Source: an uncultured Fibrobacteraceae bacterium (GTDB lineage: Bacteria; Krumholzibacteriota; Krumholzibacteriia; LZORAL124-64-63). From it: DNA of 64,000 nucleotides. The first letter of the stretch is position 1, and every line of letters starts with the position of its first letter. A model generated the notes under the pieces. It was not told where the DNA came from. It saw nothing but the letters and a program-made list of their open reading frames with translations, and ran no database searches. Shown one piece after another: positions 1-8,829 of this stretch. A program made the position numbers and the translations under genes. The stretch is taken from positions 42,963-106,962 of the forward strand of contig CAZLHO010000003.1 in the NCBI GenBank assembly GCA_964559455.1, given 5' to 3'.

Positions 1-596
1 AGGCATTCCGTGTAGCGGTTCCAGTGCAGGATCTTGGTCGTCTCGGAGATGATCTGGATGATGCCCTTGGGACAGGCGCGGGCGCAGGAGCCGCAGCCGA
101 CGCAGCGGTCGGGGTCGAAGATCGGCAACCCCAGCGGGCCCATCGTGATCGCGCCGAACTTGCAGGCGCGCACGCAGGTGCCCAGGCCCAGGCAGCCGTG
201 GTCGCAGCGCACGGGACCGTGGTAGAAGAGCATCGCGGCGCGGCAGTCGTCGAAGCCGGCGTAGACGTACTTGCGCAGGGCGCGCACGCCGCCCTGGCAG
301 TCCGGACAGGCGATCTGCGGCTCGGTGTCGACCAGCTCCATGCCCAGGAACGCGGCGACCTGGGTCGCGACCTCGGTCTGGCCGACGACGCAGGCGTTGG
401 GTTCGGCCTGGGCCTTGACGATCGCCTCGGCGCAGGCGGCGCAGCCGGCGAAGCCGCAGCCGCCGCAGTTGGCGCCGGGCAGCAGGTCGGCCACCCCCTT
501 GATGCGGGGGTCCTCGGCGACGAAGAAGATGCGCGCGGCGACGCCCAGTCCGACGGCGGCGACGGCGGCGATCCCGCCCAGGATGGCGGCTGGCAT
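1..596 (-). CDS. rnfB: Rnf electron-transport complex subunit B (RnfB), C-terminal part runs off window edge
   Basis: Minus-strand reading frame open to position 1; ATG at 596..594. N-terminal TM helix (MPAAILGGIAAVAAVGL), then GANCGGCGFAGC-type Cys cluster and several CxxCxxC ferredoxin motifs. Positioned after rnfA as in rnfCDGEAB clusters. Confidence 0.8.
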   Translation of the reverse strand, partial: MPAAILGGIAAVAAVGLGVAARIFFVAEDPRIKGVADLLPGANCGGCGFAGCAACAEAIVKAQAEPNACVVGQTEVATQVAAFLGMELVDTEPQIACPDCQGGVRALRKYVYAGFDDCRAAMLFYHGPVRCDHGCLGLGTCVRACKFGAITMGPLGLPIFDPDRCVGCGSCARACPKGIIQIISETTKILHWNRYTEC

Positions 597-627
597 CCAC
601 ATATCCAGACTCCCGTCTCTACGGTCC

Positions 628-1203
628 CTACTGCACCATTCCGGCGAAGCCCAGGAACGCCAGCGACATGACGCCGGCGGTGACCAGGGCGATGGCGGTT
701 CCCTGCATCGAACGCGGCACCGGCGAGAGGAAGAGCCTCTCGCGCACGCCGGCGAAGAGCACGATCGCCAGGGCGAAACCGGCGGCGCTGGCCGCCGCGA
801 AGACCACCGTCTGCAGCAGGTTGAACTCGTGTTTGATGTTGAGCAACGCGATGCCCATCACGGCGCAGTTCGTCGTGATCAGCGGCAGGTAGATTCCCAG
901 CGAGTCGTAGAGGGCGCGGCTCTGCTTCTTCAGGAAGATCTCGACGAATTGCACCAGGGCGGCGATGACCAGGATGAAGACCAGCGTCTGCAGGTACTCC
1001 ATGCCCTGGGGCGCCAGGATGTAGTAGTAGGCCAGCCAGGTGAAGATCGAGGCCAGGGTGGCCACGAAGATCACGGCCAGCCCCATGCCCATGGCCGTGC
1101 CCAGCTTCTTCGAGACGCCGCAGAAGGGGCAGTTCCCCAGGTACTGCGCCAGCAGGATGTTGTTGACGAAGATGGCGCCGACGGCCAGCAGGATCAGGTT
1201 CAC
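628..1203 (-). CDS. rnfA: Rnf complex subunit A (RnfA/RsxA)
   Basis: 191 aa polytopic membrane protein with strong similarity to E. coli RsxA (VNNILLAQYLGNCPF.GVSKKL..AMGMGLAV...LPLITTNCAV). Confidence 0.95.
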   Translation of the reverse strand: MNLILLAVGAIFVNNILLAQYLGNCPFCGVSKKLGTAMGMGLAVIFVATLASIFTWLAYYYILAPQGMEYLQTLVFILVIAALVQFVEIFLKKQSRALYDSLGIYLPLITTNCAVMGIALLNIKHEFNLLQTVVFAAASAAGFALAIVLFAGVRERLFLSPVPRSMQGTAIALVTAGVMSLAFLGFAGMVQ

Positions 1204-1213
1204 GAGCCGCCCC

Positions 1214-1825
1214 CTAGGTCTGGATGAAAATCTCGCCGCGCTTGCGGCTCCAGGCGTTCATCAGCCCGAGCAGGACGCCCAGGCAGAGGAAGGCGCCGGG
1301 CGCCTTCACCATGAAACCGAAGGGCTCGTAGCCCTCGCCGAAGACCGGCATGGCGAACCAGGTGCCGGCGCCCAGGATCTCGCGCAGCGAGCCCACCAGC
1401 GTCAGCGACATGGTGAAGCCCAGGCCCACGCTGAGGCCGTCGGCCATCGAGATCGCCACCGGGTTGCGCGAGGCGAAGGCCTCGGCGCGGCCCAGGATGA
1501 TGCAGTTCACCACGATCAGCGGGATGTAGATGCCCAGCTGCTGCGAGAGCGGGAAGAAGAAGGCCTTCATCACCAGCTCGACCAGCACGACCAGGGTGGC
1601 GATCAGCACGATGTAGCTGGCGATGCGGACCTTGTCCGGGATCACCTTGCGCAGCATCGAGATGAACATGTTCGAGAAGATCAGGACGAAGGTCACGGCC
1701 ACCCCCATGCCCAGGCCGTTCTCGGCCGTGGCGGTCACGGCCAGCGAGGGGCAGAGCCCCAGCACCAGCCGGAAGGGGGGCAGGTCGCGCCAGAATCCGT
1801 GGGTCAGCGCCTGTCGGAAGTTCAT
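1214..1825 (-). CDS. rnfE: Rnf complex subunit E (RnfE/RsxE)
   Basis: 203 aa membrane protein, RnfA paralogue pattern (LVLGLCPSLAVT..GLGMG; IPLIVVNCIILGRAEAFA). Confidence 0.95.
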   Translation of the reverse strand: MNFRQALTHGFWRDLPPFRLVLGLCPSLAVTATAENGLGMGVAVTFVLIFSNMFISMLRKVIPDKVRIASYIVLIATLVVLVELVMKAFFFPLSQQLGIYIPLIVVNCIILGRAEAFASRNPVAISMADGLSVGLGFTMSLTLVGSLREILGAGTWFAMPVFGEGYEPFGFMVKAPGAFLCLGVLLGLMNAWSRKRGEIFIQT

Positions 1826-1828
1826 CGT

Positions 1829-2443
1829 CTACGCTCCCTCGGCGGGCCGGTCGTCGCCGGCGGCCGCGATCAGCTCCAGGATCTCGGCCTTGCGGCCGCG
1901 GACCAGGTCCAGCACCTGGTTCGTACCGTCGATCATCGCCCGGGACGAGTAGGTGGCGCCGGTGATGGCGTCCACCGATCCGCCGTCCGTGCGCAGGGCC
2001 GCCGGGGCGGCGACCGTCATTCCCGTCCACTGGCGGCGGAAGGAGGGGGTCTCGACCCGCGCCCCGACGCCGGGGGTCTCGCCGTGGGCGACGATCTCCA
2101 CGCCGAGCAGCCGCTCGCGGGGCAGGTCGACGCCGATCATGATCACGATGTCGCCGGCGTAGCCGCCGTGGCCGGGGGCCTCGACGGCGATGCCGGTCAC
2201 CTCGCCGTTCTCGCGGGTGAAGAAGACGGGGTAGGACAGGCCGTCGGATTCGATCACGACCTTGTTGGCCAGCAGTTCGTCGGCGGGGCGTTCGAAGAGC
2301 CGCTCGAGGGCGGGTCCCCGCACGTAGAAGTCGCTCTGCTGTTCGATGCGCGGGGCCAGGGCCTCGCGCACGTAGGCCAGCGCGGCGGCGCTCAGCGAGC
2401 AGATCAGGCCCAGGACGACGACCAGACGCAGGATCTCACGCAT
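1829..2443 (-). CDS. rnfG: Rnf complex subunit G (RnfG), FMN-binding
   Basis: Internal ATG at 2443 gives MREILRLVVVLGLICSLSAAALA signal-anchor. FMN-binding region with conserved S/TGATYSSRA motif. 8-nt overlap with rnfD. Confidence 0.9.
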   Translation of the reverse strand: MREILRLVVVLGLICSLSAAALAYVREALAPRIEQQSDFYVRGPALERLFERPADELLANKVVIESDGLSYPVFFTRENGEVTGIAVEAPGHGGYAGDIVIMIGVDLPRERLLGVEIVAHGETPGVGARVETPSFRRQWTGMTVAAPAALRTDGGSVDAITGATYSSRAMIDGTNQVLDLVRGRKAEILELIAAAGDDRPAEGA

Positions 2444-3416
2444 CGCTCGGCACCTCCAATCCCACGATCCGGGGCGTGAAGCGATCCAGCAGCGGACTCG
2501 CCAGGTTCGCCAGCAGCACGGCGAAGACCACGCCGTCGACATGGCTGGAGAAGGCGCGGATCAGCACCAGCAGGCAGCCGGCGAGCAGGCCGTAGATCAG
2601 CATCGGCCAGGGGTTCACCGGCGAGGTGGTGGACTCCGGCGCCAGGAAGAAGGCGGCCATCACGGTGCCGCCGGCCAGGATCTGGAAGAGGGGCGACGCG
2701 GTCAGCCCCGGGGCGGCCAGCCCGACGATCCAGGCGCAGAGCGCGACCCCGCCCAAAAATCCCAGGGGCACCTGCCAGGGGATCTGGCGCAGCACCAGCA
2801 GCAGCAGCCCGCCGGCCAGCAGCCAGAGGACCATGGCGCTGCCCGCGCCGGCGGCCTGGAAGCCCAGCAGCAGGTCCAGCTTGTCGTAGGCGCCCTCGGC
2901 GCCGGCGCCCAGGGTCTTCACCAGGCGCATCGGCTCGACGATGCTGCGCTCCCAGCCGATCCCCACCAGCGAGGCGGTGGCGTCCAGGCGGGCCGGCCAG
3001 GACACCGAGAGCATGGCGTAGCTCAGGGCCACCGGGTGGACCGGGTAGCCGCCCCAGCCGCCGAAGAGCTTCTTGCCGAAGATGATCATCAGGAAGCAGC
3101 CGACCAGGACCAGCCACCAGGGCGTGTCCAGGGGCAGCATCATGGCCAGCAGCACGCCCAGGGTGGCGCTGCTCCAGTTCCCGGTGTGGTCCTTGGCGGC
3201 CAGGAAGCGGTTGCCCAGCGCGTCGAAGACGATCGAGGCGCCGACGGCCAGTCCGATCACGCGCAGCGCGCGCACGCCGAAGACGGCCACGGCCGCGACC
3301 ACGGCCGGCAGCAGGGCCAGCAGCCACAGCAGCTGCATCCGGCTCAGGGAGCTGCCGTCGTGCAGGTGGGGGCTCGAGGCGACGCTCAGCGTGGTGGTTT
3401 CGAGATCCTGGTTCAT
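2436..3416 (-). CDS. rnfD: Rnf complex subunit D (RnfD)
   Basis: 326 aa polytopic membrane protein with RnfD/NqrB-like sequence (GGTVMAAFFLAPE.TTSP). Confidence 0.95.
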   Translation of the reverse strand: MNQDLETTTLSVASSPHLHDGSSLSRMQLLWLLALLPAVVAAVAVFGVRALRVIGLAVGASIVFDALGNRFLAAKDHTGNWSSATLGVLLAMMLPLDTPWWLVLVGCFLMIIFGKKLFGGWGGYPVHPVALSYAMLSVSWPARLDATASLVGIGWERSIVEPMRLVKTLGAGAEGAYDKLDLLLGFQAAGAGSAMVLWLLAGGLLLLVLRQIPWQVPLGFLGGVALCAWIVGLAAPGLTASPLFQILAGGTVMAAFFLAPESTTSPVNPWPMLIYGLLAGCLLVLIRAFSSHVDGVVFAVLLANLASPLLDRFTPRIVGLEVPSDA

Positions 3417-3419
3417 CGC

Positions 3420-4700
3420 TCAACCCCCGTACTTCTTGGCCATCTTCACCAGCTGCACCAGCGGCCGGTGAGCGGGGCAGACGAAGGCGCAGAGACCGCA
3501 TTCGTGGCAGGCTTCGGGATGCAGGGCCAGGGCGTCGGCCATCTGGTCGTATTCGACGCAGCGGCCGAGCAGGTGGACCTGGATGTTCTGGGGGCAGGCC
3601 TGGGTGCAGCGCCCGCAGTTGACGCAGGTCAGGTTCAGCTCCGTATGCAGGCGGTCGGCCGCCATCAGGTAGACGCCGTGCTGCAGCTTGGTCAGGGGCG
3701 TCTCGTCGGTGTACTGCGCCGTGCCGTGCATCGGCCCGCCCGCGATCAGCCGTCCGCCCTCGGGCAGGGACAGCCCCCGGTTCGCCAGCAGGTCGCGCAG
3801 CCGGGTGCCCAGCGGCGCGCGCAGCGTCACCGGACGGGGCAGCGAGTCGCCGGTCAGGGTCACCGTCTTGTGGGTGAAGGGCCGGCCGGAGAGGGCGTCC
3901 AGGGCGGCCAGGGCGTTCTCCACGGTGAGCACGCCCACGCCGTGGCTGCGGTAGGCCTGGTCGACGGGGATCCGGATGCCGGTCAGCCGCGGGATCACCA
4001 CGCGCTTGAGCCGGTTCCGGTAGTCGTCGGGCAGGCCCACGACCTCCACCGCGTCGCCGAAGGTCTCGGCCGCCCAATCCCGCAACGAGCGGGAGGTCAG
4101 CAGCCACAGCTTGGCCTGGGGCTCGATCTCCGTCACGCGGCGCACGCCGTCGCGGATGTCGTCGGCGCGGGCGCGCAGCAGCAGTTCCTGGTTGGAGATC
4201 GTCGGCTCCTGATGCATCGCCAGCAGCACGATGTGCCGGATGGGCGGGTAGGCGTCCAGGTCGCCCTCGCAGTCCATGTGGCCGGGCGTGGTCCAGGGTG
4301 TGATGACGCCGCCGACGCGCAGCAGTTCCAGGCGCGAGGCCGAGGCCAGATCGAGGCCGCTCTGGGCCAGGGTCTCCTCGGGGGCCAGGGCGGGCGGCGA
4401 GCCGCGGACGATCTCGACCGCCGGCACGTGGTACCCGCGGGCGGTCCAGACGGCGCGGATCTCGTCGACCCGGCCGCCGATCGAGGCGTGGATGCAGTTG
4501 CCCAGTTCCGAGCGGCCGATCACCTGGTTGCGGGCGACCTCGTCGCCGGCCTGTACCGTGGGGCGGAAGAGGATCCGGCCCGGGTACTCCAGGGGAATGA
4601 CGACCGACTCGGGATCGGGCAGGTCGACGATCTCGGGGTCGCCCTCGATGCGGCGCGGCACGCGCGCGGCGGGTGGTTTCAACAGGTCGAGCAGGCTCAT
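3420..4700 (-). CDS. rnfC: Rnf complex subunit C (RnfC), NADH-binding, 2x[4Fe-4S]
   Basis: 426 aa. C-terminal CVNCGRCTQACP and CHECGLCAFVCP ferredoxin motifs. RnfC N-terminal domain. Confidence 0.95.
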   Translation of the reverse strand: MSLLDLLKPPAARVPRRIEGDPEIVDLPDPESVVIPLEYPGRILFRPTVQAGDEVARNQVIGRSELGNCIHASIGGRVDEIRAVWTARGYHVPAVEIVRGSPPALAPEETLAQSGLDLASASRLELLRVGGVITPWTTPGHMDCEGDLDAYPPIRHIVLLAMHQEPTISNQELLLRARADDIRDGVRRVTEIEPQAKLWLLTSRSLRDWAAETFGDAVEVVGLPDDYRNRLKRVVIPRLTGIRIPVDQAYRSHGVGVLTVENALAALDALSGRPFTHKTVTLTGDSLPRPVTLRAPLGTRLRDLLANRGLSLPEGGRLIAGGPMHGTAQYTDETPLTKLQHGVYLMAADRLHTELNLTCVNCGRCTQACPQNIQVHLLGRCVEYDQMADALALHPEACHECGLCAFVCPAHRPLVQLVKMAKKYGG

Positions 4701-4716
4701 GGACTCTCGCTTCCGC

Positions 4717-5337
4717 TCACTTCAGGTGGCAGGCCCCGCACATGACCTCGCCCTTCGCGTCGGCGAAGCGGGTCGCGGCCGCCGCCAGGTGGCAGGCGTT
4801 GCATTGGGCGTGATAGGCGTCGGCGACCGAGCGCGGCGTGTGGCAGCCCACGCATTCGTGGCCGTCGATCGCCAGCAGTTCGGCGTGGGTCGCCATGTCG
4901 GGACCGAAGTCGTCGTCGTGGCAGGAGTCGCAGCCCAGGAAGGCGGCGCCCTCGGCGGCGGCGGCCGGGTGGCAGGCGCGGCAGCCGCGAGCCTGTCCGG
5001 AGTCCGCCAGCTCGTGGCAGCCCTCGCAGCTGTGGCCGTCGATCGCGGTCAACTCGTCGTGCCCGGCCAGGTCCGGTGTGTAGTCGTCGTCGTGACAGTC
5101 GGCGCAGGGACCGGCCTCGCCGACGAGCTCGTGGTGGCAGACCGCACAGGCGTCGGTCGCTTCCTGGTGTCCCGCATGCGCGAAGAGGACCGCGCCGCTG
5201 GAGTTGCGCAGGTAGACGGTGTCGGCGCCGGCTTCGGGGGCCGGCAGCAGGTAGCCGACCAGGCCGCAGACGCAGGCCGCGACGGCGACCGTCGTCAGCG
5301 CCAGCAGCTTCCCGCGGGGATTGGAGGGATTGGCCAT
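4717..5337 (-). CDS. Periplasmic multiheme c-type cytochrome (8 CxxCH motifs) encoded immediately upstream of rnfC
   Basis: Start at ATG 5337 (MANPSNPRGKLLALTTVAVAACVCGLVGYLL signal/anchor). Eight CxxCH motifs in ~150 residues with an internal tandem duplication (C.DCHDDD[YF].PD...H.EL.AIDGH.C.GCH). Stop lies 16 bp upstream of the rnfC start. Confidence 0.8.
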   Translation of the reverse strand: MANPSNPRGKLLALTTVAVAACVCGLVGYLLPAPEAGADTVYLRNSSGAVLFAHAGHQEATDACAVCHHELVGEAGPCADCHDDDYTPDLAGHDELTAIDGHSCEGCHELADSGQARGCRACHPAAAAEGAAFLGCDSCHDDDFGPDMATHAELLAIDGHECVGCHTPRSVADAYHAQCNACHLAAAATRFADAKGEVMCGACHLK

Positions 5338-5342
5338 CTTCG

Positions 5343-5816
5343 TCACCACTCCATGCTGTCGTCGAGGATGATCTTGTGCTGGTCGTCGGGATCGATGCGG
5401 TGCCAGTGGCAGCCTTCGCGCATGCAGAAGTAGAAGGGCACCTTGATGCTCGAGATCGCGACCATCACGCAGGCGACCTGGGCGTCGCCCCGCTCGCATA
5501 GGTGGCCTTCGACCCGCAGCGAGCGGTGGCAGTGGTCACAGCGCAGGTCGGCGACCTCCTGCCCGTCGGGCAGGCGGATGTCGCTGCGCCGCTCGAAGAC
5601 GTTCAGGAAGGGGCTGAGCTCGACCCACCCCGTCCGGCCGTCCTGGGTGACGGTCTCCAGATGGATCATGTGCTCGCGAACCAGGCTCTCGCCGCAATGC
5701 GGGCAGAAGGAGTTCAGGAAGGAGCCGGTCTTGAGCACCGTCCGCTCGTTGTAGCGGTGCGCCTTCCAGTAGATCTCCTCCCAGCGGTCACCCTTGTCGT
5801 TCTTGTCGGGGGCCAT
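5343..5816 (-). CDS. Cys-rich hypothetical protein (CPHC/CDHC zinc-ribbon-like), first gene of the cytochrome-rnf operon
   Basis: 157 aa, no signal peptide, eight Cys including CxxC pairs. 5-bp gap to the cytochrome gene. GC3-rich coding frame. Confidence 0.6.
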   Translation of the reverse strand: MAPDKNDKGDRWEEIYWKAHRYNERTVLKTGSFLNSFCPHCGESLVREHMIHLETVTQDGRTGWVELSPFLNVFERRSDIRLPDGQEVADLRCDHCHRSLRVEGHLCERGDAQVACVMVAISSIKVPFYFCMREGCHWHRIDPDDQHKIILDDSMEW

Positions 5817-5883
5817 GGGTCCACCTCGATTCCGCGCCCGGAGGCGGGCGCCGTGAAATTGCTCGCTCGTCCCTAAAGAGCGA

Positions 5884-5912
5884 TGTGAACGCTAGGTGAA
5901 CAAGCGTTCACG
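5884..5912. promoter_or_regulatory. Inverted repeat TGTGAACGCT-N9-AGCGTTCAC containing a Rex-like core GTGAA-N6-TTCAC (5897..5912) in the rnf operon upstream region
   Basis: Read directly: 5885 tgtgaacgct aggtgaaca agcgttcac 5912. Arms GTGAA/TTCAC with 6-nt spacer match the Rex operator core TTGTGAA-N6-TTCACAA. Lies in an AT-rich island between the epimerase stop (5981) and the rnf operon. Confidence 0.4.
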
Positions 5913-5980
5913 ATGAGAAATAATATCATATATCACCACAATGATATGACTTAGGCGGATGGCGGAGGCCGGCCCGGGGG

Positions 5981-7621
5981 TCAGCAGCCTCCGCGCAGGC
6001 GGACCGGCAGGGCATCCTCGCAGATGTTCTCGAGTTGCCGGACCATATGCTCAAGGTCGCCGGGGGAGGTCGGGAGCTCGCCCAGGTTCCGGATCCGGTC
6101 GAGGAACTCGGGCGACGGGTCCGCCAGCAGGTCGTAGGCGTCCTCGACCCCGTCCCCGGCCAGCTGGAAGCTGAGGTTGACGTGGTCGTGGATCTGCTGG
6201 TGGAAGTCGGCGAGGTCCGGCGTCTCGCGCAGGGAGGCGCCGATGATCTCGCCGACGGTCAGCAGGAAGTCGCGGACCTGCTCGGCCGAGAACCCTTCCT
6301 GGCGGCGGCGGACGGCGATCGCCTGGGCGTAGTTGCGGACCAGCTGCCGGTCGCGCGTCCTCACGGCGGTCACCAGCACCTGGTAGACCAGGGTGATGAA
6401 CCAGCGCAGCACTTCGGGGGCCATCTTGTGATAGCCGCAGAAGCGCTGCGCGTTCTCGGGGGCGGAGACGACCTGGGCGATGCGCTCGACCAGGGCCTCG
6501 CGCTGGTCGGTCAGGATCTCGCTGATCAGCAGGTTCGGACGGCGGGCGGTGCGGTGCAGGGCCGTCTCGTTGCGCAGGCTCCAGGCGCCGTGGTGGGATT
6601 TCATGTTCTCGATCATCACCAGCAGGCGGCGCTGGATGTCCAGACGCGGGGTCGGGCGCCAGCCCGTCTCGGCCTGGGTCCGCGTCGCGTCCACGCGCAG
6701 CTGCTTGTCGAGGTAGCGCATCATCCAGGGGGCCTCGAAGGGCGGCGAGCCGGTCAGGCGGCCCAGCCACCAGCGGGCGGCGACGCCGGGCGCGGCCAGC
6801 CACTTCGGCATCAGCCGGGGCTTGCCTTCCTCTCCGTAGAAGTAGCGCGTGGCCGAACGGAAGAGGTCCTTGTGGGTGGTGACGTGGTTCGGGCTGGCGT
6901 TCAGGACGTGGATCCGCGGCAGCTGGTCGCTGATCTCCAGGGTCCGGTGGATCAGCCGCATCAGGTCCTGGATGTGGATGTAGGTGACGGCGGAATCGCC
7001 GCGGCCGCCCAGGATGCGCGCGTTCCAGTGCTCCGAGAGCCATGTCCGCAGGAAGACGTAGACCGGAGGATACTCGCACCAGTCGCTGAAGACCGCCGCG
7101 AAGCGCAGGATCGAGGCCGGGAACCACTCGGCGAATTCGTTCACCATGTCCTCGCCGCGGCGCTTGCTCCAGGCGTAGGCGAAGTCGGCGTCGGGCGGGG
7201 TCTGCTCATCGACGACCGCGTCGCCCTCGGGGAAGCGGCAGGCGGCGAGCGAGCTGGCGAAGAGGAAGCGCTTGACGCTGAGCTGCTGGGTCAGCTTCAG
7301 CACGTTGCGCGTGCCCTGCACGTTGGTCCGCTCGTACTCGGGGTGGTTCATGTGCTGGAAGTCGTAGTAGCCCGCCAGGTGCAGCACGTAGTCGGCGCCG
7401 CCGTGGTCCTTGATGCAGCGCACGACCTCGCGCATCGTGCTCCAGTTGGCGATGTCGACCTGGGTCCAGCGCAGGTTGTCGTCGGGGGGGACGCCTACCT
7501 CGCGGCGGGAGCGCCGCGCCAGGCAGAACAGTCGGTAGCGGCCGGTGGCGCTGGCGAGGAAGTGGCGTCCGACGAAGCCCGAGGCTCCGGTGACCACGAT
7601 GCCGGGCAGGCTCTTGTCCAT
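5981..7621 (-). CDS. NAD-dependent epimerase/dehydratase (SDR) family protein with long C-terminal extension
   Basis: Start at ATG 7621 (MDKSLPGIVVTGASGFVGRH = Rossmann GxxGxxG). ~250-aa SDR core followed by ~290-aa extra domain. Confidence 0.8.
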   Translation of the reverse strand: MDKSLPGIVVTGASGFVGRHFLASATGRYRLFCLARRSRREVGVPPDDNLRWTQVDIANWSTMREVVRCIKDHGGADYVLHLAGYYDFQHMNHPEYERTNVQGTRNVLKLTQQLSVKRFLFASSLAACRFPEGDAVVDEQTPPDADFAYAWSKRRGEDMVNEFAEWFPASILRFAAVFSDWCEYPPVYVFLRTWLSEHWNARILGGRGDSAVTYIHIQDLMRLIHRTLEISDQLPRIHVLNASPNHVTTHKDLFRSATRYFYGEEGKPRLMPKWLAAPGVAARWWLGRLTGSPPFEAPWMMRYLDKQLRVDATRTQAETGWRPTPRLDIQRRLLVMIENMKSHHGAWSLRNETALHRTARRPNLLISEILTDQREALVERIAQVVSAPENAQRFCGYHKMAPEVLRWFITLVYQVLVTAVRTRDRQLVRNYAQAIAVRRRQEGFSAEQVRDFLLTVGEIIGASLRETPDLADFHQQIHDHVNLSFQLAGDGVEDAYDLLADPSPEFLDRIRNLGELPTSPGDLEHMVRQLENICEDALPVRLRGGC

Positions 7622-7732
7622 GGGCGTCCCTCCGCGCGGGGGTCTGGCGTCTATCTCTATCATGATGGTTGGATTTCATCAGCGCAAGGCCGGTGTCGCG
7701 GCGGGGCCCCGGCGGGGGGAAACAACGGATCC

Positions 7733-7753
7733 GGTCGTGCGTAGGTCGTGCGT
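7733..7753 (+). promoter_or_regulatory. Tandem direct repeat GGTCGTGCGT-a-GGTCGTGCGT, 25-45 bp upstream of the 7778 start codon
   Basis: Exact 10-bp unit repeated twice with 1-nt spacer in the divergent intergenic region between the epimerase and the secreted HExxH protein. Confidence 0.35.
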
Positions 7754-7777
7754 CGACTCCAGAGAAAGGAATTCACC

Positions 7778-8827
7778 ATGACACTGCCCGCCCGGGTCCA
7801 CCTCCTCCTCTTCGCATCCGCGGTGATCCTGCTCGCCGCCCCGCCCGTCGCGGCCCGGCCCGACGGCGTCGTGCTCGACACGGCCGAACCCGAGGCCGTC
7901 CTGGCCATCCTCGACGCGCTGAACGCGGGCGCCGATCCCGCCGACGCGGCCTGGGACCGCCTCTTCGCCACCGTCGGCTACCGCCGCCTGAAGGAGCGTG
8001 AGGCCGCCATGAAGCGCGACTTCACCGACGACGACTTCCGCGCCTTCGTGCTCGACCCCGCTCTGCGCGCCCGCGCCCCCGAACTGTGGACCTCGCTGGA
8101 GGCCTGGCGCCGCGTCGATATCGCAGGCGCCGTCACGTCCGCCCGGGCCTACCTGCCGCCGGACGCGCCCATCGACGTCACCATCCACCCTTCGATCAAG
8201 CCCAAGGGCAACAGCTTTGTCTGGGACCTGGGCGGCGACCCGACGATCTTCATGTACCTGGACCCGGCGGTGCCCTCGGAGCAGCTGGCCAACACCCTGG
8301 CCCACGAGCTGCACCACATCGGCCTGGGCGCCGCCTGCGACGGCGAGGGGGAAGAACCGCCGGAGCCCCTGGACAGCTTCGCGACCTGGCTGGGCGCCTT
8401 CGGCGAGGGCATGGCCATGCTCGCCGCCGCCGGCGGGCCGGACATCCACCCGCTGGCGACCCACCCGGACACGGCGCAGTCCCGCTGGGACCGCGACGCG
8501 GCCGCGATGCCGGCGGACCTGGATCGCGTCGACGCCTTCTTCCGCGGAATCCTGGACGGCACGCTGGCCGGCGGCGCGGTTCGCAAGGCCGGCTTCGCCT
8601 TCTTCGGCTGGCAGGGTCCCTGGTACACCGTCGGCTGGAAGATGTGGACGCTGGTCGAGCGCGAGCGGGGCCGCGCGGTCCTGGTCGAGCACGCCTGCGA
8701 CTACCCCCGCCTGATCCTGATCTACGACGCATGCGCCCGCGCCCGCAACGCCGCCGGCGCCGATCCGGCCTGGCCCCTCTGGTCCGACGCCGTGCTGGCG
8801 GCTTGCAGACGAATCGCCGAAAGCTGA
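7778..8827 (+). CDS. Secreted HExxH-motif protein (putative zinc-dependent peptidase-like)
   Basis: ATG 7778 with RBS aaagga. Signal peptide MTLPARVHLLLFASAVILLAAPPVAA. HELHH motif. Confidence 0.7.
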   Translation: MTLPARVHLLLFASAVILLAAPPVAARPDGVVLDTAEPEAVLAILDALNAGADPADAAWDRLFATVGYRRLKEREAAMKRDFTDDDFRAFVLDPALRARAPELWTSLEAWRRVDIAGAVTSARAYLPPDAPIDVTIHPSIKPKGNSFVWDLGGDPTIFMYLDPAVPSEQLANTLAHELHHIGLGAACDGEGEEPPEPLDSFATWLGAFGEGMAMLAAAGGPDIHPLATHPDTAQSRWDRDAAAMPADLDRVDAFFRGILDGTLAGGAVRKAGFAFFGWQGPWYTVGWKMWTLVERERGRAVLVEHACDYPRLILIYDACARARNAAGADPAWPLWSDAVLAACRRIAES

Positions 8828-8829
8828 AC

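Noticed and set aside
5343-5816. CDHCH in the Cys-rich protein as a c-type heme-binding site
   Set aside because: The protein has no signal peptide or TM segment, so it cannot reach the periplasmic heme-ligation machinery. The Cys pattern is more consistent with a zinc ribbon.
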